From: a virus
Taxonomy: Duplodnaviria; Caudoviricetes
Direction: 5' to 3' (one strand)
Virus record (IMG/VR): IMGVR_UViG_3300027985_000562
Location: 1-59,427 of that record
Length of the DNA: 59,427 nt
Positions 57,180-59,427 of the stretch are shown here, piece by piece (within the stretch, counting starts at the first letter, position 1; each line of letters begins with the position of its first letter). Under the pieces are notes generated by a model. It saw nothing but the letters and a program-made list of their open reading frames with translations, searched no databases and was not told the DNA's origin. The position numbers and the translations under genes are program-made.

Positions 57180-58103
57180 ATGGCTAAGATTGATTGGGAA
57201 CTGGTCAATGAACAATTCCAAACTGACCAGCAGATCACTGGCATCACAATGCAGGCATGGTGTGAGCAAAACGGGTATAAGTACCAGACCGCTCGACGCT
57301 ATTTAAAATGTCACTCACAACTACCCAGCGGATCTGAAACTTTTCACGTAGCAACGCAAGACGGACCTTTAATCGACGTCAAAACTGCGCAAATTGCGCA
57401 AAAAACTGCGCAAGAAACGAATGCGCAAAAAACTGCGCAAAAAACTGCGCAATCCGCTGAAGAGCCAGAACAGGCAAGGGATGAGGGCGATCTTACTTCT
57501 TACACTGACACTGATTTGGTCGAGGCTGATTTTGTGAAATACAAAGGTCATGACGCCAACGGTCGATTTAAGAAAGGTGAGTATCAAGGCAACCCGCACC
57601 CGGCACATAAATTCCCAGAACGACATCGATACTCAACCAAACACGGCGGCTATTCCAAGTTCTTCCCGTCCGGAAAATTTAATGACGCCCGAGAGTTGAG
57701 GTTAAGGGATGAATTGTTGCTTGCCCGGACGCAACTGATCAGTCTCGCTGAGAAGATGCAAGAGATAGAGAATAGCCTGATCCTGGCTGGGGATGATTTA
57801 GATTTAAAATCGTCGCTGTATCGTCAGCATATTGACGCACAGAAACTGGTGGACCAGCGTATGGCTCGCATTGAGTCACTGACTCGTACGTTAAGTAACC
57901 TGCAAATAGACAAGGTGAATAAACCGCGCATTCAGGCCGAGACCAAACGATTAACCGCCGTGACCAAAAAGGCAGAGATTGAATCTCGCGTTATGGAACG
58001 GAACGAGGGCGGAAATGTGACGCCAATTGACGACATTATTGATGAGATCCAGTCCATGGATTCAGGCTTAATGTCTGGTCTGGAGATAGATTCAGGTGGA
58101 TAA
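57180..58103 (+). CDS. terS: Terminase small subunit (933W-like)
   Basis: IDWE...WCEQNGYKYQTARRY HTH; KTAQ repeats; GRFKKG..GNP; KHGGYS; RIESL.RTL. Confidence 0.8.
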   Translation: MAKIDWELVNEQFQTDQQITGITMQAWCEQNGYKYQTARRYLKCHSQLPSGSETFHVATQDGPLIDVKTAQIAQKTAQETNAQKTAQKTAQSAEEPEQARDEGDLTSYTDTDLVEADFVKYKGHDANGRFKKGEYQGNPHPAHKFPERHRYSTKHGGYSKFFPSGKFNDARELRLRDELLLARTQLISLAEKMQEIENSLILAGDDLDLKSSLYRQHIDAQKLVDQRMARIESLTRTLSNLQIDKVNKPRIQAETKRLTAVTKKAEIESRVMERNEGGNVTPIDDIIDEIQSMDSGLMSGLEIDSGG

Positions 58104-58131
58104 TATGTCATTACATTTTATAGGGGGATTT

Positions 58132-58554
58132 ATGAAACAGCGAGAACCAACTAAATCCCTGTTTGATGTAGAAACCTTCTGGGAAAAACTCATCAATGAT
58201 GCTGATGCGTTTTGGAAGAAAGCCTCATTAGATCGCAATCCCACTTTGCAGCATCCTGCCCGACGCTTCAATAAACGCCTTCGCCCAACCTGCATAGCGA
58301 AAAACCCGCACCTGAAATACCAGCACGGACAATGGGAGTGTCGCTGCTATCTGATGATGTTTGGCGGGGAGGTTGTTGGTTACGGCACAACACCATCCGA
58401 TGCGTTATCTCAATTGGTAGCAAGTGTTAACCGCGCGCTAGACTGGGACCGCATTCTACGCGGCGATGTTATTTATATCGATCACGTCATCCTGTGCTCA
58501 CCGGCCTTTGTGTTCAACTTCTTGCCGCCAGAAATCAAAGACTACTACGCTTGA
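58132..58554 (+). CDS. Hypothetical protein between terS and terL
   Basis: GGGGG RBS before ATG 58132 (alternative start 58096). Confidence 0.55.
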   Translation: MKQREPTKSLFDVETFWEKLINDADAFWKKASLDRNPTLQHPARRFNKRLRPTCIAKNPHLKYQHGQWECRCYLMMFGGEVVGYGTTPSDALSQLVASVNRALDWDRILRGDVIYIDHVILCSPAFVFNFLPPEIKDYYA

Positions 58555-58605
58555 TCGGCTCCGTTTGATGATGTAAAACGGGAGTTTTCATCGTAGGAGT
58601 AACCA

Positions 58606-58812
58606 ATGAAGGCGGACGTACCAACACTGACCCCGGCGCTGGCTCGGAAGATGATCGCTGAGGACCGAAATCTGATTGCATACTATCGCCGGATCTTGCG
58701 GGAGCGACTGCAGTCTATCGAGAGTGAGTTAGCCATCTACGATCTGAATGAAGAAATATCACGCCTGAACGAGTATCTATCTCTCTGCGGGGAGAAAGAG
58801 AGTTGGATATAA
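58606..58812 (+). CDS. Small coiled-coil hypothetical protein
   Basis: AGGAG RBS. Confidence 0.55.
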   Translation: MKADVPTLTPALARKMIAEDRNLIAYYRRILRERLQSIESELAIYDLNEEISRLNEYLSLCGEKESWI

Positions 58813-58902
58813 TAGTTCTAAATCATGGGCGAGGACTAAAAAATACTTGTCGCTGAACCCAAATCAAGAACTATTTGTAGTACCAAACAAATCACAACAC
58901 AT

Positions 58903-58924
58903 GACCCGCTTCGGCGGGTTTTTT
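58903..58924 (+). terminator. Rho-independent terminator
   Basis: gacccgc-ttcg-gcgggtt followed by a T-run; same hairpin as at 9798. Confidence 0.8.
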
Positions 58925-58939
58925 AATGGGTGAAATTCA

Positions 58940-59427
58940 ATGAAAAATATCCTGCTCATCCTCATGCTGATTGTAATGTCAGCGTTTGCCTCCGATTGTC
59001 CACAGCATTATCTGGATGGCACCAGCCCAAACGCGGCAGTAAGCAGGGAGCTTTGTTACAGTGAGTTTGCGGTAGGTTATAGCGATAGCAAAAATCACGC
59101 AATTTATGCAGCAGAGCACATCACCAAGGCTGAATTACTGCAGGCCGATCAGTTGATCAGGAAAAATACCTTCCACGAAGAGCCGCGATTACCCTCAAAT
59201 CACCGTGCCACGCTGGCTGATTACCGACATAGTGGATACGACCGAGGCCATTTAGCGCCGAATGCTGATATGCCAACCCATAAGGCACAGTATGAATCAT
59301 TCTCACTGGCAAACATGGTGCCGCAACTGCATAGCAATAATGCGGGCGTCTGGAGTCAGATCGAGCGCGCCGTGAGGTCCAGTGCCATGCAATACGGCGA
59401 TGTCTACGCTGTTACTGGGGCGATCTA
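58940..59427 (+). CDS. Secreted DNA/RNA non-specific endonuclease (NucA/EndoG family), N-terminal part; continues through the join to stop at 340 (~227 aa total)
   Basis: ATG at 58940 gives MKNILLILMLIVMSAFA-SDC (signal-peptide-like), then ...YRHSGYDRGHLAPNADM...ESFSLANMVPQ. Carries the DRGH catalytic motif and is in frame with ORF 32..340. Confidence 0.92.
   Translation, partial: MKNILLILMLIVMSAFASDCPQHYLDGTSPNAAVSRELCYSEFAVGYSDSKNHAIYAAEHITKAELLQADQLIRKNTFHEEPRLPSNHRATLADYRHSGYDRGHLAPNADMPTHKAQYESFSLANMVPQLHSNNAGVWSQIERAVRSSAMQYGDVYAVTGAI
59284..59427. repeat. Terminal direct repeat (identical to 1-144)
   Basis: Direct sequence identity with 1-144. Confidence 0.97.

Overview
The window is an apparently complete temperate phage genome of about 59.3 kb. 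Bases 1-144 repeat exactly at 59284-59427, so the unit length is 59,283 bp and the map is circular. The host is probably a gammaproteobacterium (inferred from sigma70 promoters, lambda-type lysis genes and spanins). Virion genes follow the 933W/Stx-podovirus order: TerS, TerL, ~716-aa portal, scaffold, N4-gp56-type capsid, adaptors, tail fiber, nozzle, J-like tip, ejection proteins and a ~3,390-aa polyvalent protein. Control genes are lambdoid: attP-int/xis, a leftward early operon with two DNA methyltransferases, ERF and SSB, then cI/cro, O/P-like replication with iterons, ninB/ninG, Q and lysis. Main points of interest: (1) a self-contained reverse-strand operon between Q and the late promoter, with a 63-aa very acidic orphan, an Aca10-like HTH gene and a palindromic operator in its promoter, i.e. 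a candidate new anti-CRISPR; (2) a Tad2/DUF2829 sponge domain fused to an uncharacterised N-terminal domain; (3) a multi-hairpin non-coding element with 13 nt of complementarity to the 16S rRNA 3' end; (4) a 5.5-kb insert between portal and scaffold ending in a 1,268-aa protein with seven adhesin-type Calx-beta/Ig repeats; (5) a signal-peptide DRGH nuclease coupled to terL; (6) repeated promoter-pause-terminator modules across the late region. All family calls come from motif recognition by eye; no searches were run.
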